The notes beneath the pieces were generated by a model. It saw nothing but the letters and a program-made list of their open reading frames with translations. It was not told the origin of the DNA and did no database searches. Made by a program: the position numbers and the translations under genes. 64,000 bases of DNA from Octopus vulgaris (lineage: Eukaryota). Below, one piece after another: positions 13,276 through 27,057 of the stretch; position 1 is the first letter of the stretch, and every line of letters begins with the position of its first letter. The stretch is from assembly GCA_951406725.2 (NCBI GenBank), contig OX597825.1, positions 22,568,001 through 22,632,000 on the forward strand, written 5' to 3'.

Positions 13276-13673
13276 CTAGCTGTATCGCCCGGCGTTGCTC
13301 AGGTTTGTTTCGACCCTTTAGAACTGGAATTTTTGAAAAGTAAAAATTTCGCATTATGTAGCTTCTTATTCTCTTTAAATGAAAATGTTTCTGGTTGAAA
13401 TACACCGTAAAATGGCGATACAGCCGTCAAAAAATCGTAAAAAATAGGGATTTTCATAGTAAAAAACCCCAACTTTTTGATGTAAATAATGTTTGGTGTT
13501 AACATGTTCCGAGTTGAATTTTATCTTCTACGGAATGACGAGCAAGCCTTCTTCTATCATACTCTCAAATTTGGTCAACTTGCGCTGCAGGGTCTCGAAG
13601 GAGATAGTGTTAGTTGAAGCCTACCAAACCTGCAACACACACAGAGACAACTTCAGCTTTATATATATATGGA
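13276..13673 (-). mobile_element. non-autonomous Helitron (~400 bp)
   Basis: Minus strand reads A|TC CATATATATATAAAGCTG..., ends in a subterminal GC-rich hairpin CCTGAGCAACGCCGGG and CTAG|T. Inserted between A and T with no TSD. Confidence 0.8.
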
Positions 13674-16600
13674 TTTGCTGTTTAGTTTAATTTGCGGGTT
13701 TTACTCTTACTCGAAGCAACTCCCTCAGATTCTATACATGAACAGTTTTATATTAATTTTATTTCATGCTGGCATTAAACTCACATTATTTCAACCTTCT
13801 TCTCTTGATTCTTATATATACTTCTGTATACTGATTACTGTCACAACTACCAGAAATTTTAAAATTATCGTCTTCCTACGACAAAGAAGTTTTCACCAGG
13901 GTTGTCGATTCACCCCAGCCTACGATCTTTCATTAAAAATACACGAATGTAGAATCCCTCTGTACTGACTACTAGCATCTCTAGACTTCTGAATAAGTCT
14001 AATACTTTATAAACTCTATGAGGCAATGTACTTGCTATTTGTCAATGCCACGAATATTTAGTCTCTGAGTTTATCAGCAATTATTTTGTAGATAGCCCAA
14101 TTTGTAATTTTCAATTGCATATTGTTGATGTAAAGGGAATATTTAAATCATGGTACTTTAATTTCTTTGATTTTTTTTTTGGTTAATGATTATTTAGCCT
14201 TTCTGTTTATTTATAAAAGCTATTCACGCGAGAATTCAGGTCGTGTAAACAGAACAAATCTAATTTGAAGTCTCTATGTCGAACTCTGAAGACGCATATA
14301 TCAGGAATGCTATGTGAGAGTAAAAGATGAAGAGAAAGGTATCATCTGCCAAGGGGTTTATGTAGAAAGAAGCATCAAGATTGTTATTGATATACAGAAT
14401 AATGTGTGGAAATAGTGTGCAATATATATAGCTCTAACTGTTAGTAGTAATTGAATAGACAAAGTATCAATCATAAAGAGCTGCGATGGAGAGATCTGAC
14501 AAGAATAATGAGTCCTAATAATAAAGAAATAGTAATTGACGACACGCCGTATAACAAGGCAAATATCTTAGAATCTACTGGTGTATCTTGGAAACCATAT
14601 TTTTATTGAGAGCGAAGTATTGACTACCTATATAGTAAAAGATTCTCATGTCATATAAATGAAAATCTGTTCAAATAATGGAAAAACTTTGTACAAGACG
14701 AAGCAAATTTAATGTTTAAAACATTTTAATAAAAGAAAAAAAGAGAGAAAAATATTTTCTTTCAAATATTTTGGCACCAAATTAAATCTCGTTGCAGTTT
14801 TATTGGTAGACGTAAAGCAGCAAATATGTAGTCGGTGTTTTGCGATGGAAAACAAACCTATATAAGTTACCAGATCAATATTCCTGCTATGTTACTTTAA
14901 AAAAAAACATTGTAACAGCCTTAACCAGCTGAAATCGTGCCGAGCTTTAAACTGACAGCAAGATAATTCTTTAACTTAGTTATGCATTTATTCCACGAAT
15001 TCCTATCTAAAATGTGCATTCAACCATGACCCAGCCAATATGTGACGGACTATTACTGTTATATGACAGATAATATAGCTAAGAACGTGCGTGATATGTT
15101 CCTGATATTTGAGAATTAATTTAATTATATTACTTGTGGAAAGCCTTCACAAGTAAATTTATAAAAGCCGAATATTATTTTATTCTTGTCAATTTCTGCT
15201 GTCACTATGTCAGGAAATATAGGCTCGTATATTTTACATATTGTTTGCCAAAACAATTCATGCAATCAGAACATTCCTTGTATTAGATGCATCAAATTTT
15301 CAGTGAGTTAAGTTTGCACCTCCGAAAATATCACCACACATGGACAATCAACTTTCCCAAACTATCCACAGTCAAGGTTGTGGAATCATGTTCTAGATCG
15401 AAATTGGCAATTATGCTATCAATGCGGATTTTAATTATCATTAACCTGGGGCCAATACAAGACATAGATTAATTTATTATAATGCATTTTGCTGGGAAGT
15501 GATTTCGTTGATAGTATTAGGTCTGTCATCCTCTTGTTTAGAAGCCCTTTCCTCTGTCGGTTCTTATGTTTTAATGCTGCATTTCTTAATACTATTATGT
15601 GCGTATGTCTGGAATGATTTACAGACGACAATTCTAAGTGTGTCGTTAAGATGATGATCCGTGACAGATCATGGAAATTCGACAGGTGAATCAAGTACTA
15701 ATTTCCTCGATGTAGGTTATATTTCGACGTATATAATTGAGGTGAGAACATTAAATTTTGTAGACAACATCGATTTTATTTTGAAGCACTGCTCTTCCTA
15801 TTTATGCTAGTGAAGTTCAAGTGTATATACACACATAAGTTCTGTATAATTTGAAGTGGTCGGACAGTAGCAAGATATATAGAAGGCGTTAGCAGAAAAT
15901 GTATATGTATGCATATATACGTATGTGTGCATGTGCGTGAGGAAGACGCAGCGTATTTGCATACGTATTTGGATAGAGCCATTCACACTCATATTATACG
16001 TGTGTACACACATAATGGATCGTGGCATCAGCTTGAGAGTAATTCTAGTTGTTGCTTCATCAACAGAATATTCTGATCATTGAATTACAAAGCAAATGGA
16101 TGATCATTTCACGGAAAACTACTCATTTAATGAAATCTTCAGGTTTAATAAACATAAGATTATGTGACATGTCTGAACTTTTGTATCAGATAGTCTACCA
16201 GAGTTGCACATACCACCTACCTACACGCGGACAGACAGAAACACACGCTAACACATATTTGTATACATGTAAGAGTGTTTACAAATGGTTATAAAACTCC
16301 AAATAAAAACAGTGAAAGATGTAGGGCGTTATAGTAATTTTGCTCTTTCCAAAAGTACATTAGAGCCACCTTAATGGATTGAAAGTCTTTTTCTAGTAAA
16401 GTTAATAATATTTTGCCGTATTACTTCATGTCCTCCACGTTTCGATTTCAAATTTCACTGAGGCCAACTTTTCTCTTTATGTAACTAAGTTCGAAACTCT
16501 CTTTCCACCAAACATATTTGTGAAAATCCGTCCACAAGTTCTTTACCGATAATTAAATTGAATGAGAATCAGGTCCATACGTTGTAGGATAAATACAAGA

Positions 16601-17135
16601 AGATGTGAATTTTATTTTATTTTCAATCCTCACAACAATCCTAACAAGCCCTGCTATTGTGACCACCCACTGGGTTAAGCAATTCTGTAAACTGCCGTTT
16701 TTAGCCAATAAGGAATGGACAGACGTGGTACGGCAGTGCCTAAATCCTGGTCAAAATATGGTAGTGCAAGACAGATGAACAGATGATATTATTCTAATAA
16801 ACATATATCACATTCTTGTGAAAACCCACCATAAATAGGTACCTATGTAATAAACAAATAAACATATACTGTTATTCAAAAGCACGCACGCTTTCTCGGT
16901 CTCTTTCTTTACCACATGTTTGTTTTTATCTCTGAAAATATATCCATTAAGGTCAAACGCAAAAGCAAAGTAAATAAGTAAGTAAAAAGGCTAAACTAAG
17001 ATTGAAAGCAAGTTTTAAAGTTTGATTCACACAAATTTTCCAAATGTTTTACTTTGGAATACTAGATGCTGTAAGTTACTGCACTGCTTTGATCAATAGG
17101 AAATATATTGAATCTTAAATTTTAAACGTATACAA

Positions 17136-17177
<42 letters not shown>

Positions 17178-17298
17178 TTACCTAAGATATACCTTGTTGC
17201 TTATATGGATTATAATCACCCCATAAATTTATATGGAAAATACCATACAACATTCTGGTGCCTCTGACTTAAGTACCATATTCATCGGAATCTAAATC

Positions 17299-17365
<67 letters not shown>

Positions 17366-17371
<6 letters not shown>

Positions 17372-17497
17372 TATATAGAAGGAGCTTCTACAGGACTAGA
17401 ACTGTTTCATTCAAGAGAAATCTTCAGGAAGCTTCCTGAAGATTTCTCTTGAATGAAACAGTTCTAGTCCTGTAGAAGCTCCTTCTATATAATAAAT
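17366..17497. repeat. perfect 132-bp palindrome (66-bp arms, no loop) inside (TA)n
   Basis: Centre AAG|CTT at 17431/17432; arms are exactly complementary from 17366 to 17497. Confidence 0.95.
17430..17480 (+). ncRNA. type I hammerhead ribozyme (mirror copy on minus strand 17383-17433)
   Basis: Stem I AGCTTC/GAAGCT; core CTGAAGA (17436-17442); stem II (T)TTC-tctt-GAA(T); GAAA; stem III ACAG-ttctagtc-CTGT; cleavage triplet GTA ending 17474. Confidence 0.75.
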
Positions 17498-17561
17498 TAA
17501 TTTTACTCTGCTATGTATTGAGTACCTTATTTACTGTGGTTAACCCCGAATCAACCCGGGA

Positions 17562-17611
<50 letters not shown>

Positions 17612-18245
17612 TCGACGAAACAATATATTTTATTAGGCATGGTGTACTGATTAAATGTCTGTGTAGAAACACACACACCCACACACATGGATGACTACAT
17701 GGCTATGTTTTTGTCACGAGGCATGATTGATAATGTATTAAACGTATGAAACACCGTTGATATCCTTTCATGTATTTCGATTTTTCGTACATCAATTATG
17801 TAATTTATGTCTTTTAAGATATCTCTCATATAAGTGATTCTAGATTAAATCCAGTAATTAATATGTCTAAAACTTTTGTAGGTAATGTGTATTTAAGTTC
17901 GTTAATTTGTGTAAATCATAAAAACGTTTTGTCACTTTATATCTGATATGTTATTCCAAGATAAAACTTTGCAATTAATTTCAGTTTTTATTTGCATCGT
18001 TTCATGTAAGTCATAAAAAGTTGTTCTGCGATTCTAACTTTTATAGAAATCAATGTAGATGATTCCATACTAAAATACCAAGTAGTGTAATGTTTATAGC
18101 TTTTAATGAAATCAGATAAGCGTTCAGATATATATTACTTACATATTCAATGTTAAACTTCACCTTCTTGGAAATAACTATAAAAACATATTACGAGTTC
18201 TAGAAAATTATGTTTTTAAAACTTGTTTATTTATTTATTTATATA

Positions 18246-18678
18246 CTCTTTTACTCTTTTACTTGTTTCAGTCATTTGACTGCGGCCATGCTGGAGCACC
18301 GCCTTTAGTCGAGCAAATCGACCCCAGGACTTATTCTTTGTAAGCCCAGTACTTATTCTATCGGTCTCTTTTGCCGAACCGCTAGGTGACGGGGACGTAA
18401 ACACACCAGCATCGGTTGTCAAGCAATACTAGGGGGACAAACACAGACACACAAACATATACACACACACTTATATATATATATACATATATACGACAGG
18501 CTTCTTTCAGTTTCCGTCTACCAAATCCACTCACAAGGCATTGGTCGGCCCGGGGCTATAGCAGAAGACACTTGCCCAAGATGCCACGCAGTGGGACTGA
18601 ACCCGGAACCATGTGGTTGGTTAAGCAAGCTACTTACCACACAGCCACTACTGCGCCTACTGCCACTACTGCGCCTAC
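18246..18678 (-). mobile_element. full-length tRNA-derived SINE family A
   Basis: Head GGCGCAG..GTGGCTGTGTGGTAAG...GGTTCAGTCCC, internal (TA)/(TG) tract, tail GACTGAAACAAGTAAAAGAG; short tandem duplication at its 5' end. Confidence 0.9.
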
Positions 18679-18894
18679 TAATATATATTTTTATTGGAAC
18701 AAAAGTGAAGAATTTGTCTTCATACAGTTGAGAAATGAGTCTGGCAACATCCAGTGTATTTCACATATCTGACATCGGGGACACGGATAATGACAGTATA
18801 CGATGTAATGAAACATGCTTTTTTTATGCTTTTCTTCTTCCGGCTACCACACACCTGTAGTTTTGCTGTAGGTTAGTCATAACGGAGAATATAT

Positions 18895-18942
<48 letters not shown>

Positions 18943-19103
18943 TTAGATAAACTTAGATATGTTTCGACCAGAGATTGGTCCAGGCCATGTCTAACTTAAT
19001 AGCACCACCTATAGGATTATTCGAATCCTGTTTAAGTCAAGTTTTGTTCAAGTAGTGAGTTCTTGTTGGGTGAGTTGTATCCAATTATGGGTGGGTTGTA
19101 TCC

Positions 19104-19147
<44 letters not shown>

Positions 19148-19150
<3 letters not shown>

Positions 19151-19459
19151 GGCGCATGGCTCAGTGGTTAGAGCGTCGAACTTACGATCGTGAGGTTGTG
19201 AGCTCGAATCCCGGACCGGGCTGCGTGTTGTGTTCTTGAGCAAGGCACTTTATTTCACGTAGCTCCAGTTCACTCAGCTGTAGAAATGAGTTGCGACGTC
19301 ACTGGTGCCAAGCTGTATCGACCTTTGTCTTTCCCTTGGATAACACTGGTGGCGTGGAGAGGGGAGGCTGGTATGCATGGGCGACTGCTGGTCTTCCATA
19401 AACAACCTTGCCCGGACTTGTGTCTAGGTGGGTAACTTTCTAGGTGCAATCCCATGGTC
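19148..19459 (+). mobile_element. tRNA-derived SINE family B
   Basis: A box TGGCTCAGTGG, B box GCTCGAATCC; near-identical copies at 28296-28631 and 48540-48870. Confidence 0.9.
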
Positions 19460-19469
19460 ATTTTTTACC

Positions 19470-19530
<61 letters not shown>

Positions 19531-19532
<2 letters not shown>

Positions 19533-19758
19533 TCTCTCTCTTTTCTTTACTCTTTTACTTGTTTCAGTCATTTGACTGCGGCCATGCTGGAGCACCACTT
19601 TTAGTTGGGCAAATCGACCCCGGAACTTATTCTTTGTAAGCCCAGTACTTATTCTATCGGTCTCTTTTGCCGAACCGCTAAGTGACGGGGACGTAAACAC
19701 ACCAGCATCGGCTGTCATGCAATGCTAGAGGGACAAACACAGATACACAAACATATAT

Positions 19759-19851
<93 letters not shown>

Positions 19852-19980
19852 TATGACAGGCTTCTTTCAGTTTCCGTCTACCAAATCCACTCACAAGGCT
19901 TTGGCTGGCCCGAGGCTATGGCAGAAGACTCATGCCGAAGATGCCACGCAGTGGGACTGAACCCGGAATATGGTTGGTTA
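19531..19980 (-). mobile_element. SINE family A, 5' end cut off by a rearrangement
   Basis: Aligns to 18246-18620 and stops abruptly at 19980. Confidence 0.9.
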
Positions 19981-20126
19981 GTGTCCCCGAGGTCAGATAT
20001 GGGAAATACACTGGATTTTGCCAGACTCATTTCTCAACTGTATGAAGACAAATTCTTCACTTTTGTTCCAAGAAAAATATATATAAATAAATAAACAAGT
20101 TTTATAAACATAATTTTCTAGAACTC
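19981..20126 (-). repeat. inverted duplicate of 18195-18245 joined to 18680-18784
   Basis: The reverse complement reproduces both flanks of the SINE at 18246-18678 without the SINE. Confidence 0.9.
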
Positions 20127-20299
20127 CGGCAGGGGATGGTGATCCCTTCTGTACTCTTTCACCACTCTTTCTCCCACTCTTTCTTCTGTTGGCCTGCGCG
20201 CTTAGCCAGCGGGGTGGCATCATTCGAAGGTTAAAACAATGCGAACGCATTGTGACCAGCGATGTGTAACTACATCTGATGGACTGGTCGGTCACGTGA
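20124..20299 (+). mobile_element. headless SINE with family C core and a different tail
   Basis: CTCCGGCAGGGGATGGTGATCCC..GTACTCTTTCACCAC matches family C; tail TTGTGACCAGCGATGTGTAACTACATCTGAT recurs at ~54914-54950. Confidence 0.75.
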
Positions 20300-21308
20300 A
20301 AGATATATCACGTCACTTGATATATATATAAAGAAAACACAAAGTGGTATGCTTTAAACAAAAGATGTTGTTGCTGTTTTTGTTGTGTATGTACTTATAT
20401 TTGTAGCAATTCAAATGTTGGATTTACTAGAGGAGCAATATAGAGGAAAATCCTTTAGATTAAAAGGAACAATGATCAATGGTCCGAGCAAAAGAGAACT
20501 GACAATCCATTACTCTACCAAAATACGATGTTCAAGTATTAGCTCTCTTCTTCATAAACTTGCTGATACAAGTAGGTAAAATAATATTCCTAATTTTCAG
20601 CAGATTTTCGATATTGCTGAGACGATTATGCCAACGAAGTTTTTCGCAGACTCTATTTTATAAATGACGTGTTCTTTCAAATATACTTGATAAATCGAAA
20701 TACTATTATAAGTCATTTCGTACATCGTTTCCACCCACCTATTCTCTCATTATACCAAATGTGTATTGATCGCCCAACACTGTTTTATTGACTCACTTCC
20801 TGGTGACATCTCTCAGCGTGCTTCATATAAACGCTACATTACTTGGTGCAAAAATTGTATGCTGAGATATTTTTGTATTTTGATAAGTTAATATTTAGTA
20901 TTAAAAAGCAAATGCTGTTACGTGATTATATTTCATTCTTTATCATTTAATTGGTTGTATAACAGTATTTGAAGATGCTCTTTTGACTACCTCACTCATA
21001 TCGTGCATCTCTCTCTTGATATTAGTAAAGAGGATATTGGAAGAAAACGGAAAGCATTAGTACTATCAAGCAAATATTAAAATACTCAGCAAGCGAAAAA
21101 TAAAGTACTGAATGCGTAATTAATAAAAGTTAATTAATGTATGTATTTCATGGTGGAAATGATTACAATTCTAAAATATAAACGTTTGTTTCTCTCATTG
21201 TGTAAATAAGCTTGTGTGTATGTAGCGAGTTGACATAAAATTGGTTGTTGGCTCATATTTACAGTACCAAGCGGTAAAGGAAATTACGCTTTTAATTTTT
21301 CCCAAATA

Positions 21309-21728
21309 GGCACAGGAGTGGCTGTGTGGTAAGTAGCTTGCTAATCAGCCACATGGTTCCGGGTTCAGTCCCACTGCGTGGCATCTTGGGCGAGTGTCTT
21401 CTACTATAGCCTCGGGCCGACCAATGCCTTGTAGACGGAAACTGAAAGATGTCTGTCGTATATATGTATATATATATATATGTATGTATGTGTATGTGTT
21501 TGTGTGTGTGTGTGTTTGTCCCCCTAGCATTACTTGACAACCGATGCTGGTGTGTTAACGTCCCCGTCACTTAGCGGTTCGGCAAAAGAGACCGATAGAA
21601 TAAGTACTGGGCTTACAAAGAATAAGTCCCGGGGTCGATTTGCTCGACAAAAATGCGGTGCTTCAGCATGGCCGCAGTCAAATGACTAAAACAAGTAAAA
21701 GAGTAAGAGTAAGAGTAAAGAGAGTAAG
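21309..21728 (+). mobile_element. SINE family A
   Basis: Full head, internal microsatellite and tail. Confidence 0.9.
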
Positions 21729-24487
21729 CAACGAGGACAATAGTCAAAATGGCATTTACAGAAATCCACATAGCAACGGCAAACCGACTTTCACAAAATT
21801 GTCTGTAAAGTGGTTTATACCTTTCAGTGTACCTGAACACATTCGATTTTAATCAAAGACGCATACTGAAGCATCCATAGAAATGTATGTCTCACTTCAT
21901 GTTCAAATGTTTGCTGCGAGAAATGCGATGGAAAAAGTTTTAATAACTTGTCGATAAAAAAATAATATTAATGAAAGGGAATGCGTTTCGTTCTGTATGA
22001 TCTTCAAGAGCTAATTCAAAGCATATCGCATATTGTATGTTCCTTTTCATTATTTGATATTATTAATATATTTATTGCTTAATTTTTTTGTTAATTTCGT
22101 CATGAAGATTATATTTCTATTTCTTTATTTAGAAAGCTTCATGCGATTTCAGATTAATTGTTTTCTTCATCGACCAGACGCCATATTCATTATGGCACAG
22201 CTTTGTATTCCTTTCTCTTTGTTTTTTTTTTCTTTTAATTAACAATTTCAGATTCAAGCGATAAATTAAAAATAATCTCCAAACCGACCGTGGATTATGA
22301 TTGGTCGTTTTTTCCCCCTCTATTATTTCTGTATGGCGTGGAAATATCTGTGGTTGTGACTCCATGGTTTAACCAGAAAAATTTAAAAGTTTTCGTTGAG
22401 ATTATACTGTTAGAATTGAAATTATTGTCACGTTTTGTTTCTCCTCCGAGTATGATCAAAATGTTTTAAAAGTTGAAAGCGAAAACAACATTAAGAAATA
22501 ACAAAGCACTCACCATTTAAATAGTGATGTTACCAGATCATTCAGCTTTATAATACATACGTTCACAATTTACTGTGCTGGGTATATCAGTGAGAAATAT
22601 TTTCACACTTGACACAACACGACACTTGTGTTACGACTTGCTATTTATACTGCTTCTTTGATACGTTAGCTCTGAAGTTATACGGGAAGAAGGCGGATAA
22701 TGGTGAATTTCTATTTGAGAGATAAAATCATTCAAATATTTTTTGCTCCAAAAGTGTTTTGTTAGTAAGTTCTGGAAGTAATACGCCGGGTACCAAATGT
22801 AAAGGTAATTCGCTACGCTCTTGTTATATATCCTCTATAACTATGTTATTAATACCTGAATCATTCCTGATCAAAGCAAACCGCCGGTCTTCAAATACGT
22901 TCCAACAGTAACTATTCGTTATTTTAGGCATAACTAGGGCTATATTTTCGTTTCTTTAAGACCAGAGGCAGGCAGTTATTTCATGGAACACAAGTGTTAT
23001 CTGTAACTAGTCAAACATCTGCTGGCTCGCCATGCTAACGTATGAAGGCAATAGGAAAGTTAGTTCATGGTGGATGAGAACATTAAGGAAGATATTCAAA
23101 CACCACATCGTAAAATAATAAACGAAAAAAGGAAAGGATAGCTTCTAACAAAGCAGAGAGGGAAGTTGAAAAACATTTATTTATTTCAGGCACAAAAGCC
23201 CATCTTCAGAAGGCTAAGTTTAAGAAATGTGAGTGTACGTTGATCCTGCTGTTCGGATAACCAAATGGGAAGTAAGGCGGCTTAATCCAGTGACTGTGAG
23301 AACAGAGCCCAAAAATGGAGTCATTATCGGCGTAGAGGTCATAGCGGGAGCGGTGGTGGATTGATGACTGTTGTTGGTATCAGTGGTGCTGAAGGTGACT
23401 GTCGACATCGGTGCGCTTGGCGATGGTAGTAAATGCCGTGGTAGCAATCGGTGGTAGCTTTGACGGCGCTGATGTTTTATATCGTTGAGGTAGGCGAGGG
23501 CAAGGTGGTGACTAACGTGGTAATTAAGTGAGACTTTCTTAACCCTATTCGGTTAAAATGCTGCTGGAGAAATAAAATGGTGTAAATCAATTTTGATACC
23601 ATGTTGCTCTCATTTCAAATTAACCAACAAATCAAAAAAAAAGAACGAGTAAAGTTTTCTATGTCACTGCAGTGTTTTCTGTGACTATAACTAAACACAG
23701 ACTAAAACTGCATATTCAGTCTTAAAACCAGATAGGCAACATACACATATATTCAACTAAACGAGATAATGTCATTGTAGTATTAAATGCTGAGTAGGTA
23801 TACAGCAGATAGTATCAAGAAATATAGGTTGAGAGGTGAGCTTCTGGTAAAGAGAATTTGCGAATCGCATTTATTCACACATGTAATTACTTCATTTCAA
23901 TCACATTATTAGTGATCTTGAGAATGACAGGCCATTCTTATTCCAATTCTCTTGGTATTATCAGGTTTGATTCCAATATCTGCTGAATGATGACTCAACT
24001 GTTCTGAGAAAACTGGAGAATGCAATTATATGTTAGTATTCTATTGTAGACAACGTAACATTTAAAAAAAATTCTTTACGGTTCGTCACAGGAGCTGCAG
24101 ATAAGTGTGCCGGTGTCAAAATGTTAGTTTTCAGCTTTGTGGTTTCAGATTCGATGCCTCATTCATGTACTTTGCGTAAAATCTCTTTTAGATTAGCTTT
24201 GTGTTCAGGGATGTTTGCAATACAAGGAATTATTTAGAATCCAGTTGGATTAACCGTTTCTGGTGCTTGAAGGTAAAGTTATTCCTGCACCGTACCTACT
24301 TTAAAACCACCAGTAGATACTACAGGGTTCTTTAAGGGAGTAGGACCGAAGTGGCATTTGGTCCGACTCATGGTGCACTGGAGCTCAAATCCCACTTTTG
24401 ACTTTGTGCTTCATCATTTGGAGACAAAAAATACACTATAATCAATGAATAGAATCCGTTCATTCTTTCCCATCTCTCTTTTCTCCG

Positions 24488-24598
<111 letters not shown>

Positions 24599-25766
24599 TG
24601 CTGCTATACTGAAATGACAAGGCAAATATCGTTCATTGTCCACGTTTTTTCTTTTTATATTCAAAGTTCTTGTAACTATTGCAAATATTAATATCTCATC
24701 GGTTACAAGCACTTTAATTGCATTTACTCCGGATGATATAATATCATAGAAACAATGAACAGCGGCAAACGAACGTCGTGCATTACGCTCTTTGTCACCT
24801 GCCTGAGTATGCACAGTGATAAGGCCTGTGCAGTGATCGTGTGCCAACCCTTTTATAACAGAGATTTAACGATATTTAAAAATTAACACTATATTTAGTC
24901 TCACTCAAGTTTTTTATGGACGAAATAGCAGTAGCATTTATGAGCGTGGTGTACGTATTTTTGGGATAGAAAATACTCCCAGAAAGAATGTGAGAAGAAA
25001 ATATGCAAATGAAATTTCACTGCGTCGCTTCGGAATTAAATTAATAATCTCTACTTCATAATTAATAGACACATTCGATCATGTAACATGTTTTTTGTTT
25101 TTGTTTTTGGCTTTTTTGCACGTAAAAGCAATCTAATTTCGTACCTTCTAACCAGGTTTATTTCAGTTTTCAGAATCCATAACAGGCAGTTTCGGCAGAA
25201 AATCTTACGTATATTAAAGATTTATACATCTCGATAACGCAACACTCTGGAACATAGAGACATTTTCTTACTGAGTGGTATACTAATGCCTCTGAACGGA
25301 CACAGACTGAATTAAGTTATATATCGTTATCAAATAACATAGATTCTGTGGCCGAAGTCATAACTGAGAGAATTATAAGTCAACTACTTAATATCAATAC
25401 ACTAGGAACTTAACACCCGCACTTGTGGTTTCCTCAGGGCATTGCTGGAGCTGTAGAGAATAGATTAGATTAGTATTTTAGATGCATCACAGAATTATTG
25501 ATATAAGATTCGTGGTATGATGATTCGATTTGGAGACAATGTAGTGTATGAAACGGAAAATCTCAAGAAAACATCAGTCGCTTTTAAAAATTGTTTACGA
25601 TAAAAGGGTTTAAAAGGAATTGCTTGGAGCAATGAATAGGAATTTGGTTATAATGTAAAAGAATATACACGGAAAGAAACTTTTAAATGTTATATTAAAT
25701 TTAAGTTGAAGCCTTTCGAATGAAAAATAGGAAAACAAAAGTAAAATATAGTCTTTGGAATTGCAT

Positions 25767-26162
<396 letters not shown>

Positions 26163-26497
26163 GCTTAACGTGCATGCATTCATGTAAGTTTGGTAACACT
26201 GAGGTGAAAACTGTCGCCAAATTAATCAAATTTCGAGCTTGCCAGATGTATCTTTTGCCGTTCTTATAATATTTCGCACTCTGAAGTTGGAAAGGTTAAA
26301 CTAAATGCAGAGAATTAATTTTATTTCCTCCCTATTATGTTGTTTGCGTTCTTCCATCGACTTCGAAAATAAGACCTCCTTAGATCAACTGGCACAAGAT
26401 CACGCTTTTATAGGAGAAATGTATTGTCGATTAGATAGTCTTCCACTGCTACACTGAGTGTTTATTTTCTCTAACTTATAAGAAACATATCGATATA

Positions 26498-27020
26498 GGC
26501 GCAGGAGTGGCTGTGTGGTAGGTAGCTTGCTTACCAACCACGTGGTTCAGGGTTCATTCCCACTGCGTGACACCTTGGGAAAGTGTCTTCTACTATAGCC
26601 TCGGGCCGACCAATGGTTTGTGAGTGGATTTGGTAGACAGAAACTGAAAGAAGCCCATCGTATATATATATATATACATACATGTCTGTACCCCTCTGCG
26701 AAGTAATTTTATTTAATTCCTTCGCAGGAAGGACTAGTTCCACGAGTCGTGTTCTGTCCAACCTTCGAAACACGCTGGAGTTGAACTAGGGACAGCTGAC
26801 GAGGGGGATTTTTCCTTGTATAGTTTGTCTTGTACTCTGTCTTTTTCGTTTAGGTCCGTTTCCACGTTTGTTTTTACGTTTTCGTTTCTCGTTGAGTTCT
26901 ACGTCTATTTGTGGTGTCCTGTACTCACGTATATATATTTATATATGCATGTATATATACATGTAGATGTAGGTACGTACATATATGTATGTATGTATGC
27001 ATATATTTTATTTATTACAC

Positions 27021-27057
<37 letters not shown>

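Noticed and set aside
19148-19220. tRNA-like sequences with A/B boxes
   Set aside because: They are SINE heads that continue into SINE bodies; no complete cloverleaf or terminator was seen.
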